Below are positions 36,801 through 48,449 of a stretch of 64,000 nucleotides of DNA, piece by piece. Under the pieces are notes generated by a model. The model searched no databases. It had not been told where the DNA came from and saw only the letters and a program-made list of their open reading frames with translations. How positions within the stretch are numbered: position 1 is the stretch's first letter; each line of letters starts with the position of its first letter. The position numbers and the translations under genes were made by a program. The stretch comes from Chlorokybus atmophyticus. Lineage: Eukaryota; Plantae; Mesostigma and Chlorokybus algae. The stretch spans positions 124,001-188,000 of the forward strand of contig RHPI01003587.1 in the NCBI GenBank assembly GCA_009103225.1, given 5' to 3'.

Positions 36801-39477
36801 TGGTGAGCACGCGCTTCCTCCAAATGATGGATGGAATATGTTGCCATAGCCACGGTAGTCCCAAAATTCCGTCAAACCCGTTCCGTAGGGTGATGCAGCA
36901 ATATCGCATGTTCTCCTTCATCTTCCCACATAGTTGCACAATGCGCATACGGTATTTGATACGTCAAGAGACTGATACGGGTATGATACTTTGCATGTAA
37001 AACGTCGATGCGCTTAATACGCCAAATGCACCCAACATGTTGACATGTTCTAGGGGCATGGTAGGTGGTAAAGTGGTTTATCATCATGTAATCGCGATAG
37101 CCGCACATCTTGGCATCGTGTGCTGCGCAATAAGTAAGGGCTTTGAAATGCGGCGCAGGCCCAATTAGGGCTTTGCAGGCACCTTAATTATTCAGACCCA
37201 AACCCTAACCCTAAATACGCGTATTACCGCGAATATAATTCGGCGGACAAGCAATACGGGTATTATACCGTATGCATTCTGACATTTATCCGTATTGTGC
37301 AACTATGTCTTCCCAATGCGATCGCACAACTCTTTGGTCATAAACGCAGCGCCATCACCTGCAGAGGGTGGCTCTCTATCAGCGAGCTTCACTTCACCTC
37401 CTCGTAATGACGAAAGCCAACCGTAACGCCGCGCAATAACAATACTCATAAAGTTGCTGTTGGCACCGCTATGAATCATGAGCTTACACTCTCTCCATCG
37501 TCCTTGGTCATCGCAAATGTGTGCTCGAAGCCCAAAGTACTTTGTTGTCTCCTCTTTGCATAACTCACCACCGTTAGCGCGTTCATAGCCATCTTTTCTT
37601 GCTTCCTTGATGGAAATGCCACAGCATCCGTTCGTGCATGAGGCTCCTTCCTATCCCCAGCAGTAGCCTCCTCACCTACTGGGTGAAGTCGTTTTCCTGC
37701 TCCACGCCATTTTACTCCATGGTGTTGACGCGACGATCACGGCGAGGGGTGCCATCCGGTGTTGGCCTTTGCGTGCTTCGTTTGGGGCATCCGTACGCCA
37801 AATGCTCAATCCACCAACACGCATAACACTTGCGCACACCTTTACCTCTTTCACCACGTCCGCCATGCTTCGCCTCACTTCCACGCGTGTGTATGGCACC
37901 CACCTCCATTGGTGCAGGCCCAAAGTCAGCTCCACCTCCATTGGCAAGCGCTAAACTTGGTTCTCCTCGTCTCCATGCATGTTGAAAGCCTCCCCGGGGC
38001 TGATCACCATGCCTTTGCCTCCAGTTAGTGTTTCTTGTGGTGGACTTGAAGTACAACGCGTCGAGACGCTCCGCGATGCGTATAGCCTCCGCGAGTGTCT
38101 TCGGGTCCCGTAGCTCCACTTCTTTATGCCCCAAAGGTTTCAAACCACGTGTATACATGTCCAGCTGCTCCTCGTCGGTTATATTGAGTATGGACATCAC
38201 CAATTGCTAAAACGCAGCCATGTACGCCATCACCGACCCCATTTGCACAAGGGCTGCAAGTTTGTCGCGTGCGGCCTTCACGCTCTCAACGAGAACAAAT
38301 TGATGCCTGACATCCAGTACCAACTCTTCCATGGTGGTCAATGGCAGTGCCATCCAGTTGCAACACGCGTACAACGATCTCCACCATACAAGTGCTGCAC
38401 CTTCAGGCAATGTCGCTGCAACATCCACGTGCAGATGCGTGGGCACCTCCGTGAGCTTCAATCAAGACGATACTTGAAAAGTCCATTCATCAACTGCATC
38501 TCCATCACGTTGACCCTTGAATGGCTTGAGCTTTGGCACCTTCACATGCACGCGCGAGCTTAATGCCATGGGAACTTGTATACGCGCCATCGCATGCTCA
38601 TATGCCTCGCGTTGTGCCTGTGCCGCCGCTTGAGTGTGATGAAGCTCTTCCCTGCGAGCATCCTTCCCTCAATGCTAAGATGGCAGCTTGAAGCTCTTCC
38701 ATGCGAGCATCCTCCATCTTCACTAACACACTGCACTCCGCCGCCAAATGAAAAGCGTAAACGCCCACACATTTCCGCTCTCCCTTCGTAAACCGTGCTC
38801 CAACACCAGTTGTGACGGTGCTCGTGCATTGTCACTTGTGAGTTGGTCCAATCCACAACCCTCTCACCAAGAAACGGTATTCACACCGGAACCTTGCCCC
38901 CTCTGCCGAGCACACACGCGCGCCCCGCCACTCGAGTACGCACGCGCATGCGCTTAGAGCTACACACCGACTTGTGTAGCGCCTTGGATCGTCATACAAG
39001 CAAGCATACACCAGTGGACACGCGCTAGCAACCCCTGCTAACCACTACCAGGCTTGCACACAAGAAACTAGGGAGCTAAAGGTTGTCTTACAAGTTGTAG
39101 AATGTCACTTTTATACCTACCAGTCTGCACATACTACTGTCTAGACGATTCTAGCGCTAGACGGAACTATAAGCTAAAATATTCTTGCAGAATCTTGTAC
39201 ACTTTCAGACCTTTCTGACGCACCAAAGATCTCCTCATTTGCTGCTCATATGGTCAAGTTATACTACTTGGCGCCAGGCCCTTCCAGAAATCTGGTCGAG
39301 CCCTTCTCAACCGGCCCTCCGTTTCCTGGCGTCTTCCATACTGGCCCTGAGCCTGTCGATATCTGCGGCAGACTTGCAACTCGCTGATATTCGCTACAAG
39401 TCATAAAAATCATGATATCTCACAAACAAGGCCTGAAATGGCCCTGAAAATCAAAAAAATTGGCCTTGACTGTTACA
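33833..39477 (-). mobile_element. Chromovirus B (Ty3/Gypsy), decayed, RT C-half and RNase H deleted
   Basis: TG...CA LTRs at 33833-34500 and 38811-39477 (visibly diverged). Perfect TSD CCACG. PBS-like TGGTGTTGGAGC. PPT GGGGGGAACGAG. gag (APMEVGA), RT up to FGLTNA, integrase (TMDFITGLP, SDHDPRF, QTERAN), chromodomain EWEVEDIL...FLVKWKAY. Confidence 0.92.
36929..37307. mobile_element. 379-bp hAT-type MITE inserted in the chromovirus B protease region
   Basis: TIR CATAGTTGCACAAT and perfect 8-bp TSD TCTTCCCA (36921-36928, 37308-37315). Internal ATACGG repeats and AAACCCTAACCCTAAA. Confidence 0.9.
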
Positions 39478-39612
39478 CCACGGTTATCGAGGTAAATCGC
39501 TGTCTTTTATGATTGTGCTATGGTAACAATGCGTCAGGCACATGCATAAGCTTATATTCGTTTTTTTCAACATTGTGAGCCATCTTATTTTAAATCCTAT
39601 ATACAACCCCCC

Positions 39613-40587
39613 TTGCTGCATGCACGTGGTCTCACCTGCCGCACCTGCTCCCCTCGCAGCCAGAGCGCATCCACCTTCTGCGGCACTTGTGCTTCATGCA
39701 CTGCCGTCTCCTCCACGAGCAGCACCGGTGATTGCGGGGCAACAATCCTTTTTGCCGCAACCGGCGAGACCACAGCACAATGCAACAACCGAGGTGACTT
39801 CTACACCTACCTTACCCCACCCACTGCAAGTTGAAGCCGACAGTCTGCCCCAAGCTCATGTACTTTATCAGTCACGCTGATTCTTGCCGTCGACAATTGG
39901 ACACATCATGGGATTGCTGTATGCGCAAGCAGCAGGGGTCATCACCTGCCAGCGAGTTATCGAAAGAACTGGCCGCAACCCGCATACGGCCATCAGTCAT
40001 GCTAGGTGGCCAGCTCGCCTCATAAGACCACTTCAATGCGCCAACGGATGGTAATTGCTTCAACCATTGTGTGTTTCATGCTAGGCCGTCCATAGCGCAA
40101 TGTGTCATGGATGATTACAAGTGCACCAGCTCGAGCCGATTTTTGGCCATGCTGAACACCATGGACGACAACGGCAAGGGGGGACATTCTCCGCAAAATT
40201 ACCGCCAATGCTGTTGATGCAGGTGTGGCGAGCAGAATCCTAGACTTTTGCACAGCCACTGGTGCCGCGGGAGAGATATCATAGTATTACGACAAACTGC
40301 CTGCGACCATGTTGGCTTATGTCAATTGCAACATTGACATAGCCATGGCTAAGGTGCGACAGATTGTGCGGAGAGACGATGTGTACGTGGAGCACGTGCA
40401 AATGACCATGTTTGCCAACAAGCTGGGCTTGTTTATTGGCTGCGTGACCGTTCAGCGGGAGCATGGGGAGTGGGTGCCACGGCCCGGCAGCATAGTTGGG
40501 GTTGGAAATACAGAAGCCCCCAACTTAGTCCTGGTGGTGGGCGACGCTGCTCCTGATGAGCCAGAAGCACACTTTTGGCTCCTCTAG
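39613..40587 (+). pseudogene. Zinc-ribbon-like piece followed by an OTU-like cysteine protease domain
   Basis: CRTC...FCGTC, then APTDGNCFNHC (40047-40058), VEHVQMTMFANKLGLFIGCV and EAHFWLL. One frameshift in a G6 run (~40180) and a TAG at 40282-40284. Confidence 0.5.
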
Positions 40588-41989
40588 CCGGCAAGCTTCG
40601 AACAATCGTCGTGGCCTATGCATGAAGTGCTATCGATGGTAACAAACGTGATCGGAGAGTGGCGAAATGGCGTTGCCAATCCCCCGCTACCACCGGCTGT
40701 GACCCAGGGTGCTGCGCCAACGCCTCAGGCCTCGCCTTCGTATGCTAGGCAAGAAGTAGCCGACTGTTCTGCACATCCTGCCTCCCCTCGACCTCAGCCA
40801 CATGCTCGCAATTTGAACACCCTCCCTTCCTTCGCCGCAAATAATCACTTGTCATCGCACTCTGACCATCCGAAGGTATCACCATCAAAAAGCAGCGGTA
40901 GCTCGCCCTCTCCCTCTAAGCTTGCCACATTGATCCCAGCCTGTCTTGTTGGTAAAGAGATTGATTGAGGTGTCCTGAATGCTGCGCTGGAAGACAAAAG
41001 CTGCATGCTCGACCTCATGAAGCAACACGAGGATGTGGAGGCACGGGAGGCAACCAAGAAGCGCAAGACTGTGCAGCAAGAAATTAACGCCTTACCTCCT
41101 TTGAATGACACTACCACGGGGAGCGCCTGCCAGGATGTGCAGGGTGACCAAAAATAAAGAAATAAGGTTGTTGAAACAAGGGACGTTGATAGGACCATAA
41201 AAGCAAAGGTGAGGCATCGTTACAATGTAGTTTGAAAAAGCACAGCGCCTTGAAGCCTCACTGGGGTTGACTGTGTGTCCTGAGTAGGCACAGCGGGTTT
41301 ACAGCGTAATGTGGCTGCTCAACATCGTCAAGAGAGACAACCAATGCGGCACGAGCTGCATAAGCTCAAAGCACCGACGCGCAGTCTTTTTGAGGGGCTG
41401 ACTCGTAGTGCAAAGGAGTTGATCGCCCTACAATACCCCCAAGACGCGCTGCACCACCGCATGCGGCATGCCTCGAGGTGGGTGACGAAAGTATGCAGTA
41501 AGTGGGAGCAAATGCGGAGAGTGCAGTCCAAACAGATCTCTGGGGATTCGCCGTGGTTGGAACCTAAACACGACATGGCCATCCGTAGTACATTGTTGCC
41601 CCTCGCCGTCCTCGATATGATGGTGTTGTTGCTGCCGCATCAACCCGGCAATGTGCATGACCTATCCGCGGAGCAAAACTTCAACCTGCTGCAGCAGATG
41701 TACCTATTGATGTCGTTTGATGCGGGTCGATATGTGTGCTACTACCTCAGCAAATATACTGGGTGGCAAGTAAAAACATTCAAGCTGTACCTGACATGCA
41801 TTGGCTGGTAGTGGCGATATGTCATGCGGCACATCGAGCTGACTATGTGGAAGCTCGACGAAGATCGTGCGGGCGATTACACAATTGACGACAGCCATGT
41901 CAAGGGCTTAAGTGAACGCATGCTAGACGAGACCACCAATCAGGTGGTGTATGGCGGCGAATGGTTGTCAGGTGATCAAGTAGGCTGTG

Positions 41990-42112
41990 GAGCGTTATGC
42001 TGCGCTATTTGGATGGGAGTCGCTGCACCTGCAACGCGATAACAGAGTTTGGTGGCAGAGGCAGCTTGCACACCCGCGTGCACCATGCGTGCTGAATTGT
42101 CGCATAGAAGAG

Positions 42113-42209
<97 letters not shown>

Positions 42210-43190
42210 NCCCCCGCGGATGGGGAGACGCCCTGTTGCAAGCAAGCGATGTGCCATGTCTGCATTATATGCTGGCAAAAGCACGTGACAAATAAATCAA
42301 AGGAGCTACAAGCGTGTCCCATGTGCAAGCAACCTCACCGATTTGAGTTGCCACGCTTGCTGCAAGATGCCAATGTGTCGGCGGTGATTAGGCCCCCGCC
42401 TTGATTACAATTGTGCATGTACTGTAGTTTTGTGTTATACACCTGTGAACCATGTAGATACATGTATAGTTGCAGCATCGTGCATGGTGCACCCGAGATC
42501 TGCTGTTGTCAGAAGTATTGGCTGTACATGTGTATGAGGATTGCCCAGTGCATGAGTCAATGCATGGCTTGCATACCTTGCTGGTTCAGAGCGTGGTCGA
42601 CAGCAACAAACTCGGACAGCGCTCTGGGTTTTATGAAATGACAGCACAATCGTACTCGCATACTACTCGTGGTAGTATGCGAGTATTCTTGTACTGTAGT
42701 ACCAGTAATGGATGGAGTACCATTTATGTTGATGTAGTACCATGCATCGTACAATAATACTGTCAATGGTACAATCGTGCTTCACTTGAAGTGTGACTCA
42801 TTTAGGGTTCGTAAGCTAGCAACCATAAATTGCTACCCATACCCTAAAGTCTCGCTCAGTTTGTGGGCAGCCGTGCCGATTCTTATCTTGCATGATGTCG
42901 GCGGCAGCAATTAATTCCCCCTCACCTAAGAGACCATGCTGGGTGTGCCCACAATGCAATGCGTACGTATGTGCCAATGGCCGTGAATAGCGGATGCGAA
43001 CACATATGACCGAATGCCAGCGAGTGCAGACATTGAGCCTCGGTTTTAGTGCTGCTTGCTGGCATCACACCACACACAACGTCGATGTATCTGGCTGCCG
43101 CCTCGGCAAAGTGCTGTGCAAGAAACCCGAGTTTTTCCATTGCATGCAGTGTGTGTGCAAATCGTGCTCGCGCTCATGCTTCGAGTGGCG
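41990..43190 (+). pseudogene. RING-like and PHD-like Cys/His-rich fragments
   Basis: LCCAIW ... ETPCCKQAMCHVCIICW...ACPMCKQ (42225-42340), then EDCPVH, CWVCPQCNAYVC and FFHCMQCVCKSC. Interrupted by a poly-C gap and an insertion. Confidence 0.5.
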
Positions 43191-43468
43191 AGGGGAATCT
43201 ACGCGCTTCTTCACATGGACAACACCGGGACATATGGTTAGTGGACAGGTGGTGGATGCTGTGGAGGTAATTCGGCAGAGTGGACAGCAACGTATACCTG
43301 CATTTTATGTTGGGCGTATGCTTATTTCATGCATGTTGAAGCTGTTGTCGCATTCAGAGCAGTCTTTCATGGTGTGGGCGCGAGCAGCTTCCACCCCCTG
43401 ACCGCTATAGATGAGGCAACCATCGACCATTAAACAGCGCACTGCATAGGCTGCGGAACGCAGTTAAG

Positions 43469-43710
43469 TTGGGATGCGAGCAGCTATTCGGTGTGAGTGT
43501 CATGGTGCATTGGCCGCTGAATGGGGAATGGTATGCGGGCGTTGTGGAATTATTCAAGCAAGCATCAGGTCAGCATCCCTTTTTGGCATGCGAGAGTGAG
43601 GACGCATCATATATGCATGGTGCAATGGAAAATGGCTTTGCAGGGCAGCACCGTATGGTATTTGATGACGGTGATTGACCACAAACCATCAACTTGAAAG
43701 GGCACAACGT
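43469..43710 (+). pseudogene. Tudor/Agenet-like domain with a 75-nt intron (43569-43643)
   Basis: Spliced reading LFGVSVMVHWPLNGEWYAGVVELFKQASGQHRMVFDDGD*PQTINL matches the plant Tudor pattern W/WP..WY.G.V...H.V.YDDGD. Confidence 0.7.
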
Positions 43711-43727
43711 ATTCACGTATATATCAG

Positions 43728-44561
43728 TTGACGGGGCACGCCATGTTCTGCGCCGGAGGGGAGAATGTCAGTCGCAAAGTAAGCACGGACGGCATCATTG
43801 TTGGTCTCTGGCCAGCACCACGGCCAGCCTTGACCACATACACGCCATTTAACAACAAGCTTGGACGCATACACAGACCAAGGGCACTCGACCTATTCAG
43901 CGGCGGTAGTGGTGCCAGTGTCGGCCTATATCATGTAGGCTTTGACGTGAACAGGATGGACATAAGTCCCTCCTCTGAGCACCCTCTGCCCTTCATAAAC
44001 CGCGATGTATGCACCCTGAGTGCAGGACAATTGAATGAGTATGAGCTCATATGGGCCAGTTCACCATGCCAGGCCTATTCATATGCTATCCCGGCACCTG
44101 CATGGGCAGCACATGGCACATCCAAGAGACATCAGGATGTGATATCGCTCGTCCGACATGTGTTGCTTGCAAGCCAAGTCAAGTTTGTGATTAAGAATGT
44201 GCCAGGAGTAGCTTCCTCACATAGACCCAATCTGTCCCTTTGTGGTACGATGTTTGGCCTGTCAACCTTCCGATACCGTCTGTTTGAGACACAGCCAGTG
44301 GTAGCTACCCCACCAGCACGCTGCTTGCATGCGGGCAAGGCGATTGGACTGCTATCGCCGCACCTGTCCACAAGCGTGAAGAAGACAATTGTGACATCAA
44401 ACGCACCACAGCAAATGTACCCGGTCTATGGCTTTCCAAGCACCAGGGGCGGCATTGCTGCAGGGCAAACAGCGCTGGGAGTGCCATAGACGACCTCGGC
44501 CGTTACCATAGCGAATGCTTTTTCTTCCGTAATGGCGGAGTGCATAGGGCGTCATGCTTGA
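43728..44561 (+). pseudogene. C5 cytosine DNA methyltransferase, short bacterial/phage-like type, pseudogenised
   Basis: Motif I ALDLFSGGSG, II GFDVNRMDI, IV WASSPCQAYS, VI VIKNVPG (ENV to KNV), VIII-like LCGTMFGLSTFRYRLFE. After the in-frame TAG (44487-44489) comes motif X-like IANAFSSVMAECIG. Confidence 0.85.
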
Positions 44562-44869
44562 AACAATGGATATGCGCTGTGACTACCCTCCTATGTCATG
44601 GAATCATGAGGCTTGAGTGTGGTGCACTGTATTGATGCTTAATGCCACACGGCTGACTAATTGTTAAATATTGCATTTAACGTTCGATTGTGGTGACGGT
44701 TGTGCAATAACAGCTGCCCCGTATTGTACACGTCCACATGCAAAGTCTTAGCATACGATTAGCAATGCCTAACTGACTGATATGCTTCAAATTCAGAGTA
44801 GTGATACAAGTACATGTGTCACGTGGCAATGTAGTGGACGTTTACCGGATACTTGCCCTCTTGTACACG

Positions 44870-47760
44870 GGCGCTGTCCTTGTCAAACATGGGGAGCAGC
44901 TAGACAATGCCTTTTATTTGCTCCATAGTCACGACATCGAGATGTGACCCCCCTCGACGCATTTCCCATTCCAAAGCGATGCACTTTGTGTCGCTCATCA
45001 CATCTAGCTTCGTATACCAGCGGACAAACACGACCTCCTTCCACACACGCTTGCCACTACCACCCCACACCACCACGCGCAAAGAAAGGAGTGCCTGAGC
45101 CCACCACGTCACATTCACACCGTCCTCATCACGTTCCAGCTCAAGTGTAGAGAACCAAGGCCGCTCACGGAACATCCCGGTTGCGCGCGCCATGATGATT
45201 CCTGATGTCATGTCACACCGCTGCGCCTCCGTTCACCATGCGAACAGCACGCCATCCATAGGCCACTCCAGTTGTTCCCTCCTCAACCAGCTGTCTAGGG
45301 TGGCAGGCAGTGTGTCGGCGAATGGAGTCTTCGGGGCGACTTGGCGGCTACGCGCAGATCCGCTCCAGTACGGGCTAAACTCCCTCCTTGTCAGCACATC
45401 CATCCGTAGCAACTTGTCCGTCTTCTCCATTACATTACCGCACTGCTGCCGCGCCTGCGCCATGACCGAGCAAATTTCGGGATCCACAACCATGCCAACC
45501 TCTTTCACATAGTTCGCACAGCTCCATGCCTACAGGATATGAGCCTGGTAGTCCCAGTTGTTGCCACCACGCGCCCATAATTTGATGTTTCGGGCATGCG
45601 TCTCTTCCATGCGGTTGGCGCTGAACCAATCTAGGTGTCCAGTACTGACAATTGCCGGCCCAAAATGAGTGAGCTCTTGCATCTTCTCGATCTTCCAACC
45701 CAACTTTTGTGCAGAGTATCACGACAATAGCGGATGCAACACTGCAGATTTGAAGGCAGCCAGCTCGTTGTCGGCTGTGATCAGAATCTCTCTTGCGTGT
45801 TCATGCGCCTTGAGTAACTTCTTGTTCCACTGGGCAAGCGATGCGGCAGCAATGGTGAAGAAATCGTTGCCCTCATTGTCGAGCAGCAAACCGTGTGCAA
45901 GGATCGGCAGCAGCTGCAGCACCGCCACTTTCTCCACCAGCTTAAAGGATTGGTTGGACAGGAAGAAATCTACTACTCTAATGCTTATGGGTGCCTTGAT
46001 GTGCAAAACCCGTGGAGTCGCCTTGCATGCATTCAACCTGTGCACATCTGCATGTAAGCACGTGTCGCTGTCTTTTGTGTTAAACACAAATGCAACACTA
46101 AAGACGTGCCTAGCCCGCAGAATCTGTCTCATGGATGGACACATGCGCTCTTTCGCAGCGTCGTACACAGCAGCAAGCAGGTGGTCAATGATGCCTCCTA
46201 GCACATGCATTGCGTCAGGGGCGAGACGAGAGTAGCAGTCAGCTCTCGGCACCTGCGACTGTCGCCAACCCCACAATGCATTCTGTTGCCAAGCCACATT
46301 CTTTTCATTGATTACACGAAAAGCCATTCATCTTCTTAATGCCGATAATTTGACCATTACCTCCTTGACATGCATGGAGTGCTTTTCTTTCAAAGCCTTG
46401 GCTGTGTGGCGTGCATACCTAACACCGCTATGTAGGTCCGCACGCAGCTGTCGTACTGCTGGTGTGTAGAAAGCCTTGGTTCTCAATTCCGCCTCCTTAT
46501 CCATCAACAGATTTGGTTTGGTGACGAGATCAACATCGTAAGGATGTCGTGTTTTGTTGCCCGACATAGTGCGTGCGGGCGTGGCAGTCCCATGCAACAC
46601 GACAAACTCAAATGCTCCACTAACAACATCCTCCATGCACTGTTTGCCGGCAAGCTGTATATGGTTACAACCATGCATGCCCACTACCTGCAAGTCGCTG
46701 ATGTAGTCGGCAAGGACGGGAAACACAGGATGCTCGATGCCATTCGGGGCGATGAGCTGCAGGCCTTCCCAGCTCGCCCGCTTCACATCCCATAACACTA
46801 CAATCAAAGCTTCATGAAAAAACTCACGTTTTCGAATTAAAAACGATTCCTTGCCCTGCGCCCAGGTGGATGCCCGGCCACCGCGTGAACCACCGGCAGA
46901 AGCGCTATTCTAACAAACCCCATATTGCTAGCATACATGTCCCAACTGTAGTTGGCAAGCAATGCCATCAGAGGGTAGTCAGCGCGCTTGCCCGCGCTGT
47001 CCAGCGTGGTCTTGTCACTGTACATAACGGCAGGCGCCAAGTAGGACGCTTCCCCCACCTCTGTCCTCAAATCCACCTCAACATCCTTCCACCAATCGCC
47101 CGTGGAAGGATGGCCAAAGCTATGCTCGTCACCACTATACTGGAGATTGAAGCCATTAGCGGCATGTGGATTACTATACAACCGCGCGAGCAATACCTGC
47201 TCCAACCAAGAGCATTAAAAGCCATAATGGCCTGAGATTTGATACTGCATTAGATACTACATTTCACAGACCTTGGCCGGCATATAAGTGATGCTGATGT
47301 CCTAATCCTCAGGGTCTCCAGGCTTGTGCAAGTCAGCCGTCACGTTGTTCTGATACGGCAGGACACTCGCATGTGCATATGTCACATGGCTTTGGTAGTT
47401 GAAGCAAATGCACCGCACACCGTGAACACACCTCACAATGAGAGAAAGCAGTTGTGGTCCGGAGGTAACTGGTCACATGCACACCGGTCTCCCGCTGGAG
47501 CTCTACCGTCAGGAAATGTGCATTTCGGATGCACTTGATGATCCGCCCCATGTTAGAGGCTCAGGCCTTGGCCGTTGTTGCACTACACGAATGCCACTGC
47601 AAGAGCCTGCTCCAAGCCACACCACCTGAATTTCGACGCGTGCGAAGGGACGCCTCCACTTCCATGTTGGCGTGTCACAGGTTTCGCAGGCACACACACA
47701 CATCGAAAGCCCTCGTTCACTTCCTCCTCCTCCTGCTCCTGATGTGCGTGTGTCGCCTGA
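44870..47760 (-). pseudogene. Plavaka-type (CMC-related) transposase, degenerate, with introns and stops
   Basis: HPSTGDWWKDVE, AVMYSDKTTLD...DYPLMALLAN, VFPVLADYISD, PDAMHVL.GIIDHLL, and C-terminal VVFVRWY...LDVVTMEQIKGIV. Confidence 0.8.
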
Positions 47761-48449
47761 AGGGGTCCTTCAGCATTAAGCATGTGCGCATCATGAATTA
47801 AACTCCCCGGTTTAACATGACCTGCATCGTACTGTCATGGACACTGGCCGACATACAGCTTGATTTGCTCGCACACCCTGCTGCTGACAATGTGCACGTA
47901 GACCGCGCTGCGTGTGGCGAAGCGCATGTGGCAGTACGGACAAAGGACTCCAATAGCTCACTCCTGACGTCGACACAAGTGTCGCCAACGTAACCTGCAT
48001 CATTAAATCCAGCAACACACACAGCCACCGCCGTCGCCGCCACCGCCGCCGCTACCCTTGCATGCTAGAGGCGGGACATTTGGCCGCCATTCACTGGCGT
48101 GACAGCTCCGTCGTACCATTACAATGGTACAATTGAGCCATTGCACGTCCTGGCTGGGGTGAGTCTGCATAAATATCTTAATTGAACCGTTCCAATGGTA
48201 CGAAGATGCCTTTGCCAAGAGGTACCAATGACAAGTGCTTGAAATGGTACCTTTGTACAGTGGCAATGGCAGTTCGTACCATTGACAAGTGGTGGCAATG
48301 CCAGTCCCTGCATATGAAAACACCATTGATGGCTCCGCCAAGCTATGCCCTTACAGGGCGGTAATGCCGAGGGTATGCGACGTTCGGTGGATCGTTGGCG
48401 GTGCTGCCAGGGGCGTAGTGGGCGTTGTGGTCGAGGTCCGGGATGAAGC

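Noticed and set aside
41700-41770. GRYVCYYLSKY as a Helitron/HUH Rep motif III
   Set aside because: No HUH motif or helicase is found nearby; a single short motif is insufficient.
42113-42215. Second poly-C run with poly-Pro/poly-Gly ORFs
   Set aside because: Same artefact with an embedded N. Sequence may be missing here, within the RING region.
32423-48420. CACTA at 32423 and TAGTG at 48416-48420 as termini of the Plavaka-like element
   Set aside because: The match does not extend beyond 5 bp and the flanking 3-mers differ, so there is no TSD.
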